Shown here: piece by piece, positions 27,351 through 36,157 of the stretch
How the letters are laid out: each line of letters starts with the position of its first letter
How positions within the stretch are numbered: the first letter of the stretch is position 1
Assembly (NCBI GenBank): GCA_965200705.1
Contig: OZ241376.1
Coordinates: forward strand, 4,169,844-4,233,843
Direction: 5' to 3'
Length of the DNA stretch: 64,000 nt
Source of the DNA: Bryobacterales bacterium
GTDB lineage: Bacteria > Acidobacteriota > Terriglobia > Bryobacterales > UBA6623
Notes under the pieces: model-generated
What the model was told of the DNA's origin: nothing
Databases searched by the model: none
Seen by the model: only the letters and a program-made list of their open reading frames with translations
Translations under genes and position numbers: made by a program

Positions 27351-29222
27351 TCAGCCGAGTACCTGATAGGTGACGAACGCGCTGACATAGCCCAGCACCA
27401 GCATGTAGGTGAACTGGATCACGGGCCACGTCCAGCCGCCCGTCTCGCGCCGCACGATGGCCACCGTGGACATGCACTGGAGGGCGAACACGAAGTACAT
27501 CAGCAGTGCTATCGCACTCGCAAAGGAAAGGTCCGACCGCAGGGCGGCCTGCAGATCCGCGGAGTCCTCCGCACCCTCCATTCCGTAGATCGTGCCCAAG
27601 GTGCCGACGATCACCTCTCGGGCGGCCATGGATGTGATCAGTCCAATGCCGACCTTCCAGTTCAGCCCAAGCGGCTCGACGACGGGTTCGATGAGCTTTC
27701 CGAACGATCCGGCTAGGCTGTCCTCGATCGCAGGAGGCTGTCCGTCGACCATCGGTACGCTGGCCAGAAACCAGAGCACGATCGTGGTGGCCATGATCAC
27801 CGTCCCCGCACGGCGCAAGAACACCTTCGCCCTGTCATAGAGACGTAGTGACAGCGACCTCCACGACGGCAGCCGGTAGGTCGGCAGCGGCAGCATGAAC
27901 GGCACGGGCGTACTCTTCAGCACCGACGACTTGAGCACGTACGCGGTGAGGCAAGCCACGAGGAATCCAACCGCGTAGAGGCCGAGCAGTACTGCCGCCC
28001 GAGTTCCGAGGAACGGTCCGAGCAGAGGCTGCTCGGGTATGAAGGCAGCGATCAGAAGGGCGTAGACTGGCAAACGGGCAGAGCACGTCGCAAGGGGTGC
28101 GATGAAGATCGTCGCGAGGCGGTCCCGCTGATTCTCGATGGTTCGGGCGGCCATGATGGCTGGAACCGCGCATGCGTAGGACGACAGCAGCGGGATGAAC
28201 GACCGTCCCTCCAGACCCACCGCCCGCATCGAGCGATCTGCGATCGCGGCCGCTCGCGCCAGGTAGCCCGAGTCCTCCAGCACGCCGATGAACAGGAACA
28301 GGATCAGGATCTGGGGGAGGAATATGACGACCGAGCCGACGCCAGCCCAGACGCCGTCAACCAGCAGACCTCGGAGCGTCGTGTCGGGGAGCACCGACGC
28401 CAGCCACCCGCCGCTCGCCACGACAGCAGCATCGACGGTGTCCATCAGGGGCACCGCAAGCGTGAAGATGCTCTGGAAGACCGCGACAACCACGGCCAGA
28501 AACACCAGCGGTCCGGCGATCGGATGCAGGAATACACGGTCTAGTCGACGGCTCCAGAGGGACGGCTCCGGAGGGATGTAGTTTGCGGCCTGTGCAACAC
28601 CGGTAGCCCACTTCCGCTCGGCCGGGATGTTGTTGAGGACCGGAAGTTCCACCGGTCGGGGGGGTGGGGCCGTGCCCTCTAGGAACTTGAGGACCTCGTC
28701 GAAACCGGTGCCAAGCCGGGCACTGACCGCGACGACCGGTGCGCCCACTCGGGCGGAGATCGCTTCGACGTCGACACTGCCGCCGCGGGCCTCCAGATCG
28801 TCGCTCATGTTGAGCACCACTAGGGTCGGAACCCCGAAGGCTAGGATTTTCGGCGCAAGTCGGAGCTGCGCCTGCAGATTCGTGGAGTCCAGAAGCAGGA
28901 TTGATGCCCATGGACTCGGCATGGAGTCGCTCCCGCCCCGCAGCACTTCGAGGCTGATCCGCTCGTCCTCCGATCGAGGATGGACACCTACTATGCCGGG
29001 CAGGTCGATGAGGTCGATCGAGCTGCCGTTGGCCAGAGCCAGCGTGCCGACCCGCTTCTCGACTGTGATGCCGGGGTAGTTCGCGACCTTCTGGCGCAGG
29101 CCCGTCAGCCGGTTGAAGAATGTTGACTTGCCGACGTTGGGCGGTCCGCAGATGGCGACTATGCGTCTGGTCCGCTTGTCGTCGACCGATGCCGCGGCCA
29201 CCGCTTCAGGAACCGATGACAT
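27351..29222 (-). CDS. feoB: Ferrous iron transporter B
   Basis: ORF 27351..29315. ATG 29222 overlaps the feoA end. G-domain IVAICGPPNVGKSTFFNRLTG...DLPG, followed by the large polytopic membrane domain. Confidence 0.9.
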   Translation of the reverse strand: MSSVPEAVAAASVDDKRTRRIVAICGPPNVGKSTFFNRLTGLRQKVANYPGITVEKRVGTLALANGSSIDLIDLPGIVGVHPRSEDERISLEVLRGGSDSMPSPWASILLLDSTNLQAQLRLAPKILAFGVPTLVVLNMSDDLEARGGSVDVEAISARVGAPVVAVSARLGTGFDEVLKFLEGTAPPPRPVELPVLNNIPAERKWATGVAQAANYIPPEPSLWSRRLDRVFLHPIAGPLVFLAVVVAVFQSIFTLAVPLMDTVDAAVVASGGWLASVLPDTTLRGLLVDGVWAGVGSVVIFLPQILILFLFIGVLEDSGYLARAAAIADRSMRAVGLEGRSFIPLLSSYACAVPAIMAARTIENQRDRLATIFIAPLATCSARLPVYALLIAAFIPEQPLLGPFLGTRAAVLLGLYAVGFLVACLTAYVLKSSVLKSTPVPFMLPLPTYRLPSWRSLSLRLYDRAKVFLRRAGTVIMATTIVLWFLASVPMVDGQPPAIEDSLAGSFGKLIEPVVEPLGLNWKVGIGLITSMAAREVIVGTLGTIYGMEGAEDSADLQAALRSDLSFASAIALLMYFVFALQCMSTVAIVRRETGGWTWPVIQFTYMLVLGYVSAFVTYQVLG

Positions 29223-29481
29223 CGTCGCCTTCCTTTCCGTCCATGACACTGACGCGGATCCTGGTGGCCGTTCCGCTACGGATCGCCACTTGGTCGTTGT
29301 CGACTTGGTAGACACTCAGGTCGCCGAGCGGTACGGATCCCTGGCACGACACCTGTGCGCTAGGAACGAAGCCCAGTTCCATCAGGCGCACGGCATCGCC
29401 CTCGTCCATGTCGAGCGACGCGATCGAAGCCGACATCCCGGGCTTCAGGTCGGCCAATACTTGCCGTGGTGGCTCGTTCAT
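29206..29481 (-). CDS. feoA: FeoA-family small protein
   Basis: ORF 29206..29553. The internal ATG 29481 gives MNEPPRQVLADLKPGMSASIASLDMDEGDAVRLMELGFVPSAQV...VAIRSGTATRIRV, an SH3-like FeoA pattern. Confidence 0.8.
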   Translation of the reverse strand: MNEPPRQVLADLKPGMSASIASLDMDEGDAVRLMELGFVPSAQVSCQGSVPLGDLSVYQVDNDQVAIRSGTATRIRVSVMDGKEGDDVIGS

Positions 29482-29485
29482 TGCG

Positions 29486-30229
29486 CTAGGCTTCTTCGCC
29501 TGACTCTCGCCGCGACAGCCGTTCGGAAAAGCGTGGACCAGCGCCGTGGCCACGGGCGCCGCGCCACCGTTCCAGACGGGCAGGCGGAACGCCTAGGAAG
29601 TAACCCGCAACGCAAAGCTGGTGCCTAAGCGTGAGGCTCCAGACGCCCTGCTGACGCCAACGACGGCTGGAAGTCACGGCATCGCCATCCGCGATGGCTA
29701 TTCCCCCCAGCTTACGCAGCCGTCGGATCAGGTCGAAATCCTCCATCACCGCAAGATCTGAGAATCCACCCACTGCATCGAACACTTCACGTGACACGAA
29801 GATCGCCTGGTCACCATAGGGTAGCGACAGGAGACGGCACCGGACGTCAACCATCCATTCGACGAGGCGCATGGTCCATCCCTCGGAGTCCAGCTTGAAC
29901 CGGAACGCGCCTGCTGACACGCCAGGCAACTGGAGCGTTCGACGGATGAGTCCTTCGAATCCTTCAGGTAGAGCGGTGTCGCAGTGCAGGAACAGCAGAA
30001 TCGAACCCTTCGCGTGTCGGGCTCCCAGATTCTGCTGACGGCCCCGACTGGCCTCCGTGCTCAGCACGGTTGCGTTCAGCGCCGTTGCTGCGGCCACCGT
30101 GTCATCTGCGCTTCCGCCGTCGACGACGATCACCTCCTCGATGTCCGAGCCTTCTAGGTTCTGGAGCGTGCCGCCGATGGTTCCTCCCTCGTTGAGGGCG
30201 GGCAGGATGACCGATATCGAATCGACCAT
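29486..30229 (-). CDS. Family-2 glycosyltransferase. It resembles the TIGR04283 subfamily (rSAM/selenodomain-associated, arsenosugar-type), from memory.
   Basis: ISVILPALNEGGTIGGTL...EVIVVDGGSADDTV...LLFLHCDTALPEGF...LPYGDQAIFVSREVFDAVGGFSDLAVMEDFDLIRRLRKLG...TSSRRWRQQGVWSLTL...YFLGVPPARLERW. Confidence 0.7.
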   Translation of the reverse strand: MVDSISVILPALNEGGTIGGTLQNLEGSDIEEVIVVDGGSADDTVAAATALNATVLSTEASRGRQQNLGARHAKGSILLFLHCDTALPEGFEGLIRRTLQLPGVSAGAFRFKLDSEGWTMRLVEWMVDVRCRLLSLPYGDQAIFVSREVFDAVGGFSDLAVMEDFDLIRRLRKLGGIAIADGDAVTSSRRWRQQGVWSLTLRHQLCVAGYFLGVPPARLERWRGARGHGAGPRFSERLSRRESGEEA

Positions 30230-30238
30230 GGCGCCCGA

Positions 30239-31774
30239 CTACCGGAACCGCAGGATCGTGCGGAGCTGACGCTTGACTGCGGGTGTTAGACGTGTCCGCT
30301 GGTATGCGTCGCCGGTCTTCTTGATCGCCTCGGCCTGTGTGGGATACGGGTGAATCGTGTTGGCGAGCAGGCGCAGTCCTACACCCGCATTCATGGCGGT
30401 GGTGATTTCCGAGATCATCTCGCCGGCATGCCGCGCAACGACGGTCGCACCGAGAATCGTGTCGGTCCCGCGCTTGCAATGGATCTTGACGAACCCCTCC
30501 GTCTCGCCGTCGAGCACCGCACGGTCCACATGGGACATCTCGGTACGGTACGTGTCGATCGCGATGTTGCGCCGTTCTGCGGCCCCCTCGGAGAGTCCGA
30601 CATGCGCAAGCTCGGGATCCGAGTACGTGCACCACGGCACGTTGAGTGACGTGACCTTGGACCGCCTGAAGAACAGCGCGTTGCCGATCACGATCCGCGC
30701 CATCGCGTCCGCCATGTGGGTGAACTTGTACTCGGAGCCCACGTCGCCCGCGGCATAGATGTGGCGGTTCGTGGTCCGTAGCCGCTCGTTCACCGAAATC
30801 CCTGTCCGCCCGAACTCTACGCCTGCGGCCTCAAGGCCTAGGTTGCTGGTGTTGGGCACTCTGCCCGCAGCGACTAGGATCTGATCCACGCGTATCTCGG
30901 ACTCCCACCCATCGCCTGTCGACTGGAGTCCAATCACGGTCTCGTCGTCCTCGGTTCGGACTTCGCTAGCGAGCGTGCCTCCGTGGATCGCTACGCCGTC
31001 CCGCTTCAGGCTCTCGGAGACGACGTCCGCTCCGTCCCGGTCCTCTCGGATCAGGATGCTTGGTGTGGCTTCCAGAAGGACGACCTCCGAGCCGAACCGC
31101 GCAAAGGCCTGCGCCATCTCGACGCCGATGGGGCCCCCTCCGATCACCGCAAGCCTTCTCGGTAGCTCCGTGAGGGAGAACACAGTCTCGTTGGTCAAGG
31201 GACTGGCCTCGCGCAGGCCGGGCACCGGAGGGATGAATGCGTGGGTTCCGGTAGCAATGCAAGCCTTGCTGAACTCCAACGTCGCCTCGCCAACCCGCAC
31301 AGTCCTCGGTCCGCTGAACGAGGCCTGCCCAAGGTAGACGTCGACCCCAAGATCACAAAAGCGCTGAGCCGAGTCGTGGGCGCTGATACCAGCCCGCAGC
31401 CGACGCATTCGCTCCATGACCCGCGGGAAGTCGACGCTTGTCGCGCCGCCAGCAACGCGTACGCCGAACTGACCTGCAGATCGGACCTCTGCAGCTGCAT
31501 GGGCGGCACGGATGAGGGCTTTGGAAGGAACGCAGCCGGAGTTGAGGCAGTCGCCGCCCATCAGATTGCGCTCGATGAGTGCCACGCGGGCACCCAGTCC
31601 CGCGGCACCGATGGCGGTGACCAGCCCGGCGGTGCCAGCTCCGATCACGACCATGTGGTAGCGGCCTCTGGGCTCCGGGTTCACCCAGTTCGATGGGTGA
31701 ACGTTGCTGACGAGAAGTCGATTGTGCTCGTCGGCTGGCTGGGCCTGCGGAATGGACTCGATGGGGATCGGCAC
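30239..31774 (-). CDS. FAD-dependent pyridine nucleotide-disulfide oxidoreductase, mercuric-reductase-like (Slr1849-type)
   Basis: VVIGAGTAGLVTA FAD fold, redox-active GGDCLNSGCVPSK, second Rossmann fold LAVIGGGPIGVEMAQ, and a dimerisation domain with HPYPTQAEA. Confidence 0.85.
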   Translation of the reverse strand: MPIPIESIPQAQPADEHNRLLVSNVHPSNWVNPEPRGRYHMVVIGAGTAGLVTAIGAAGLGARVALIERNLMGGDCLNSGCVPSKALIRAAHAAAEVRSAGQFGVRVAGGATSVDFPRVMERMRRLRAGISAHDSAQRFCDLGVDVYLGQASFSGPRTVRVGEATLEFSKACIATGTHAFIPPVPGLREASPLTNETVFSLTELPRRLAVIGGGPIGVEMAQAFARFGSEVVLLEATPSILIREDRDGADVVSESLKRDGVAIHGGTLASEVRTEDDETVIGLQSTGDGWESEIRVDQILVAAGRVPNTSNLGLEAAGVEFGRTGISVNERLRTTNRHIYAAGDVGSEYKFTHMADAMARIVIGNALFFRRSKVTSLNVPWCTYSDPELAHVGLSEGAAERRNIAIDTYRTEMSHVDRAVLDGETEGFVKIHCKRGTDTILGATVVARHAGEMISEITTAMNAGVGLRLLANTIHPYPTQAEAIKKTGDAYQRTRLTPAVKRQLRTILRFR

Positions 31775-31779
31775 GAGGT

Positions 31780-32754
31780 CTACCTCAGGTTCGCTTCGGG
31801 TCGGGGCGGAAGGCTGTGCATCCCGCCGGTCGAGCCCAAAACGGCCCGGCGAGAGGAGTCGTTGTCGTACAGGCTCGACTCGGTCGGCAGCAATGCGTCT
31901 CGAACAGCGTCACTCCGCGCATACGCGTAGAGGCCCGCGCCTAGGCAAGCCAGCCCTATGGCCAGCAGCGCAAATGCCCGTGCGGGTTTAGGCTGCGCTG
32001 GTGGCGATTCGTCCTGCTTCTCCGTGTCGAGGTTCTCGTCGGGTGCGTGCTTGGAGATCGCGTTTGCGGCGATTCGGGCGATCACGATCGTGACAACAGC
32101 CGTAGCAAGTAGCCCGATGCCATTCAGGGCGAGCTTCAGCACGTCCGTATTTGCGCCGCCGACAACGGCAGCGGCTTCGCCGCCCGCGTACCCGAGGTAC
32201 ACGTACAGGAACGTTCCAGGCACGATGAAGACAGCACTGGCGAGCCAGCACGGCAGGAATCCGATTGCAGTGACGCCGAATAGATAGTTCTGCAGATTGA
32301 ACGGGAAGACAGGTGAGAGGCGCATCAGCGCAACGATCTTCCAACCCTGGTCGCCGATGGCACGATCAATGGCCGCGAACCGCGGTCGCGTAGTCGCCAT
32401 CGCCTCGACCTTGGCACGTGCAGCGTACCGGGCGATCAGAAACGAGAGGGCAATGGCGATGACCGCTCCGAGCCAGACCGTTGCGGTTCCTAGCCACACA
32501 CCGAATAGCAGGCCCGCCGCCAGCGACAGGGCTGAACCCGGGATAAACAGCGTCGCAGCGAGGCCATAGACCAAGGCGTATACAAGTGGCGCCCAGAATC
32601 CCAGCCCCGCAATCCAGGCTCGAAGCGCCTCCATCAAGCCGTCAATGGGCAAGGAAGCGAGCAGCAACCCGAACGCGCCGATGAACGCGATGGCAGTTGC
32701 CACCCTTGCTACGACGATCATGAGGATCCACGCGGGTCGAGGCGATCCCAACAA
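31780..32754 (-). CDS. TVP38/TMEM64 (DedA-related) family membrane protein
   Basis: Polytopic. WAPLVYALVYGLAATLFIPGSALSLAAGLLFG and RLSPVFPFNLQNYLFGVT are typical of the family. Confidence 0.75.
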   Translation of the reverse strand: MLGSPRPAWILMIVVARVATAIAFIGAFGLLLASLPIDGLMEALRAWIAGLGFWAPLVYALVYGLAATLFIPGSALSLAAGLLFGVWLGTATVWLGAVIAIALSFLIARYAARAKVEAMATTRPRFAAIDRAIGDQGWKIVALMRLSPVFPFNLQNYLFGVTAIGFLPCWLASAVFIVPGTFLYVYLGYAGGEAAAVVGGANTDVLKLALNGIGLLATAVVTIVIARIAANAISKHAPDENLDTEKQDESPPAQPKPARAFALLAIGLACLGAGLYAYARSDAVRDALLPTESSLYDNDSSRRAVLGSTGGMHSLPPRPEANLR

Positions 32755-32839
32755 GCGTCAAACGCCCATGCGATGATCCGCACCGCATCGACGGCGCTTG
32801 GACTCTCGCACTTCTTCTTGGCCGTTGCCGCGGACTCCA

Positions 32840-33613
32840 TCAGCCTCGCCGTTGGGGCCTCAAGAGGGCCAGCGCCGTGGCCCCGCAATCGATGAGGATC
32901 GTTTCAGCCGTGATGGCCGTGGCGTCCGCGGCCAAGAAGAGCACCGTCGATGCAACCTCTTCGATGGAGGCGATCCGCTTCAGCGGCGAGACCACTTCCC
33001 CTGTGTCAAACGCCTCTTGAGGCCATCCCGCGAAGCGCGTCCGCACGAGGCCTGGCGCGATCGCGTTGACACGAATGTCGGGGGCAAGGGCCCGGGCGAG
33101 GGACTTCGTCATGTTCACCATGGCGGCCTTGGAGGCCGAGTAGACGATCGAACTCCCAGCCGCCGAGTAGGCGGAGGCCGAAGCGTTGTTGACGATGGAC
33201 CCGCCGCCGTTGCGACGCATGAGCGGCACTGCGGCGCGTATGCAGTAGAAGGCGCCTCGCAGGTTCGTGTTGAGCGTGCGATCCCAGATCTCGTCGGTTA
33301 GATCGTCGAGCTTCCAGTGGGGCGTCACCTTGCTCCAGCCGGCGTTGTTGATGAGAACGTCCAGACGGCCCCACCGTTCCTCGACGCTGTTGACCATTGC
33401 CTGCACGGAGGCACTGTTCTGCACGTCCGCCGCCTCCGCGATCGCCTCGCCACCTGCGTTCCTGATGTCCGCGGCGACTTCTTCGGCAGCTTCGGCAGAG
33501 GCGCGGTAGTTGACATGCACTTTGGCGCCCTCGGCCGCCAGAGCCTGACAAATTCCGCGACCCATGCCGGTCCCGCCGCCCGTCACGATCGCCACTTTGC
33601 CTTGCAGTTTCAC
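32840..33613 (-). CDS. Short-chain dehydrogenase/reductase (FabG-like)
   Basis: KVAIVTGGGTGMGRG cofactor motif, NNAG, and the catalytic S...YSASKAA triad. Confidence 0.85.
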   Translation of the reverse strand: MKLQGKVAIVTGGGTGMGRGICQALAAEGAKVHVNYRASAEAAEEVAADIRNAGGEAIAEAADVQNSASVQAMVNSVEERWGRLDVLINNAGWSKVTPHWKLDDLTDEIWDRTLNTNLRGAFYCIRAAVPLMRRNGGGSIVNNASASAYSAAGSSIVYSASKAAMVNMTKSLARALAPDIRVNAIAPGLVRTRFAGWPQEAFDTGEVVSPLKRIASIEEVASTVLFLAADATAITAETILIDCGATALALLRPQRRG

Positions 33614-33746
33614 GTGTGCCGCCCGCCAGAACTGACCAGTGTATATGCCGCGAACTCCGCGCCAGGAGTGTTTGCCTGCGCGTGGACAATGGGATTCTGA
33701 ATGCCCGCTCCATGAGCGGATAATTGGTTGGCAAGAGAATCGGACG

Positions 33747-34748
33747 ATGGCAAGGACTCAAGCATCCACCGGCACCCCGTTCAACCTCGCGAGACCGAGT
33801 TGGATGATTCACGTGGTTCTGACAGCCTTCGCCCTCGCGATCGTCCCGGCCGCGGCCGCGCAGGGAGCATGCCCTTGGTGTGATCCAGACGATGTCGTCG
33901 AGCCGTTTGACCTGACCGGCGTCGTTGACGTTCATGTCCACAGCGCCCCGGACAGCGGGTTGCGTTCCATCGACGCTCTTGAGATAGCGCGCATCGCACG
34001 TGACCGCGGTGTACGGGCACTGCTTCTCAAGAACCACTTCGTGACCACATCTGGTCTGGCCTATGCCGTGGAGCGGGCCGTGCCTGGCATCGAGATCGTG
34101 GGTGGCATCACGCTCAATTCGAGCTTCGGCATCAACCCGATCGCAGTGGACCACATGGCCCGGACCACCGGAGGGCACGGTCGGGTTGTCTGGATGCCAA
34201 CGTTCGACTCGGAGCACTACCACCGCGTCTTCGCGCCAAATCCGAACCACGTTTCCGTGTCCAAGGATGGAGCGCTGTTGTCCTCAGTGTTGGAAGTGCT
34301 GGACAAGATCGCCGAGCACGACCTCGTCTTGGCGACTGGTCATTCCTCTCCTAGTGAGTCCTTGCTCCTCATCAAGGCGGCCCGTGAGCGAGGTGTCAAC
34401 CGCATCATCGTCACGCACCCGCTGCCGCCTCCGGTCGGCATGTCAGTCGAGCTGCAGAAGCAGGCGGCCACGATGGGTGCCATGCTCGAGTACCCAGTCG
34501 GCACGGCGCTGGAGTCGAACCCGAGCTGGGACCTCCCCGAAGACGAGAAGCTAGAGGCATACGTCGAGGCTATCCGCGCCGTGGGACCGGAGCATGTCGT
34601 GATCTCGAGCGATCTTGGGCAGTCCATGAACCCAATCCACACCGACGGTATGGCGATTTTCCTTGGTCGACTTGTCGCTGCGGGCTTCACGAAGGACGAA
34701 GTCGACCGAATGGCCAAGCAAAACCCCGCGACGCTGCTTGGTCTTTGA
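33747..34748 (+). CDS. Amidohydrolase-fold protein of unknown function (DUF6282-like) with a signal peptide
   Basis: ORF 33639..34748 with ATG 33747. Hydrophobic WMIHVVLTAFALAIVPAAAAQG, then VDVHVHSAPD (HxH metal motif), ATGHSSP and VTHP. Confidence 0.65.
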   Translation: MARTQASTGTPFNLARPSWMIHVVLTAFALAIVPAAAAQGACPWCDPDDVVEPFDLTGVVDVHVHSAPDSGLRSIDALEIARIARDRGVRALLLKNHFVTTSGLAYAVERAVPGIEIVGGITLNSSFGINPIAVDHMARTTGGHGRVVWMPTFDSEHYHRVFAPNPNHVSVSKDGALLSSVLEVLDKIAEHDLVLATGHSSPSESLLLIKAARERGVNRIIVTHPLPPPVGMSVELQKQAATMGAMLEYPVGTALESNPSWDLPEDEKLEAYVEAIRAVGPEHVVISSDLGQSMNPIHTDGMAIFLGRLVAAGFTKDEVDRMAKQNPATLLGL

Positions 34749-35468
34749 GTGCGGATGTTCACCACGGACAGCCGGGGTGTGCTCCGAGTCGCGCGCTGGG
34801 AGTCAATCCCGTGGCTGGTGCACGGGTTCTCGACGCGTCGGACCGGGGACTTCGTCAATTGGCCAAGCGACGATCAGATCGGGCGATCCTTCGGCACCAC
34901 GGGCTTTGGGCTTGCCGGTCTTCGGCAGATTCACTCCCAGTCAGTCGTGAGCGCGGACCATGCATGGGGAGACGCCAGGCCCGAGGCGGATGCCTCGGTC
35001 ACTGACCGTTCTGGCGTTCTGGTAGGTGTCCGCACGGCCGACTGCGTGCCCATCCTTCTCGTGGACGCGGACCGGCGGGCTGTTGCCGCCGTGCATGCCG
35101 GGTGGCGGGGTGCCGCATCAGGTGTCCTGACTGCCGCGGTCCGAGCCATGGAGACGGAATACGGATGTGCTGGCGGCAGCATCGATGCGGCGATCGGACC
35201 GGCCATTCGAGCATGTTGCTTCGAAGTCGGCGAGGAAGTGGCTGAGCAGTTCGACGAACGACATGTGGATCGGTCTCGAAAGCGCCCTCACGTCGACTTG
35301 GCGAGCGTCCTCCGGGCCGAGATTCATGCAGTCGGTATCAGGACGCTTACGGATTTCGGCGCCTGCACGCAATGCGATACGGACAAGTTCTATTCGCATC
35401 GCGGCGAGCACGGTCAAGCTGGCCGCATGCTGGCGGTGGTTGGCATACGAGAGGAGCATCGGAGTTGA
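34749..35468 (+). CDS. pgeF: Peptidoglycan editing factor PgeF (YfiH/DUF152 laccase-domain protein)
   Basis: PWLVHGFSTRR, RTADCVPILL, AVHAGWRGAASGV and CCFEVGEEV motifs. Start is GTG 34749 or ATG 34755. Confidence 0.8.
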   Translation: MRMFTTDSRGVLRVARWESIPWLVHGFSTRRTGDFVNWPSDDQIGRSFGTTGFGLAGLRQIHSQSVVSADHAWGDARPEADASVTDRSGVLVGVRTADCVPILLVDADRRAVAAVHAGWRGAASGVLTAAVRAMETEYGCAGGSIDAAIGPAIRACCFEVGEEVAEQFDERHVDRSRKRPHVDLASVLRAEIHAVGIRTLTDFGACTQCDTDKFYSHRGEHGQAGRMLAVVGIREEHRS

Positions 35469-36019
35469 AGCCCGATTCGACCGGCGTCGGTGGGTATGGC
35501 AAGATCCTGATCCACGCTGCGGAGATTCAGAAGCGCGTCGGCGAACTTGCGGCAGCCATTGATCGTGACCACCGACGTGGCGGTGTGCGCTTCCTAGTGA
35601 CCTTGAAGGGGGCCTGGGTGTTCGCTGCGGACCTGGTGCGAGCGATCCGCACCGAGGTTCGCGTCGATTTCGTTCACGCCTCGAGCTACGGCGACGGCAC
35701 CGAGAGTTCCGGTCACGTGCGCATCGTGGCGCCCGCCGAACTGGACCTGGAAGGTGCGCACATCGTCCTTGTCGAAGAACTCGTGGATACGGGCCGCACC
35801 ATTCGCACCTTGCTGGACCACTGCCGCGCGTCAGGCGCCGCATCGATTCGCGTCGCCGCACTGCTGAACAAGCCAGCCCGGCGGGTCGTCGAAGTCCCAA
35901 TCGACTACATCGGGTTCGACATTCCGGACGAGTTCGTGATCGGGTACGGCATGGACTGGGCAGGCGACTTCCGGCACCTGCCAGACATCCGCGTACTGCG
36001 GACGCCGCCGGCGAACTGA
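35465..36019 (+). CDS. hpt: Hypoxanthine phosphoribosyltransferase
   Basis: ORF 35372..36019. The likely TTG 35465 overlaps the pgeF stop. LKGAWVFAADLVRAI, PRPP loop IVLVEELVDTGRT, and FVIGYGMDWAGDFRHLPDI. Confidence 0.85.
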   Translation: MKPDSTGVGGYGKILIHAAEIQKRVGELAAAIDRDHRRGGVRFLVTLKGAWVFAADLVRAIRTEVRVDFVHASSYGDGTESSGHVRIVAPAELDLEGAHIVLVEELVDTGRTIRTLLDHCRASGAASIRVAALLNKPARRVVEVPIDYIGFDIPDEFVIGYGMDWAGDFRHLPDIRVLRTPPAN

Positions 36020-36157
36020 GCGCAGGGCGCCTGCCCGTTGCCGGCACACCTAGCTTCGTTGGTCCGCCATCGATTCCCTTGTGAACCCGGAGAAAGCGAT
36101 GGATCACGAGTTACGTGGGTCGGAGTGCCTGAACTATAATCCGTACTGGGTTTATCG

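Noticed and set aside
29342-29358. TGGCAC words as possible sigma-54 -24 elements, also at about 17531, 21067, 56165 and 62465
   Set aside because: None is followed by TTGC at the N5 spacing. Most are inside coding regions or on the wrong strand for the nearest gene.
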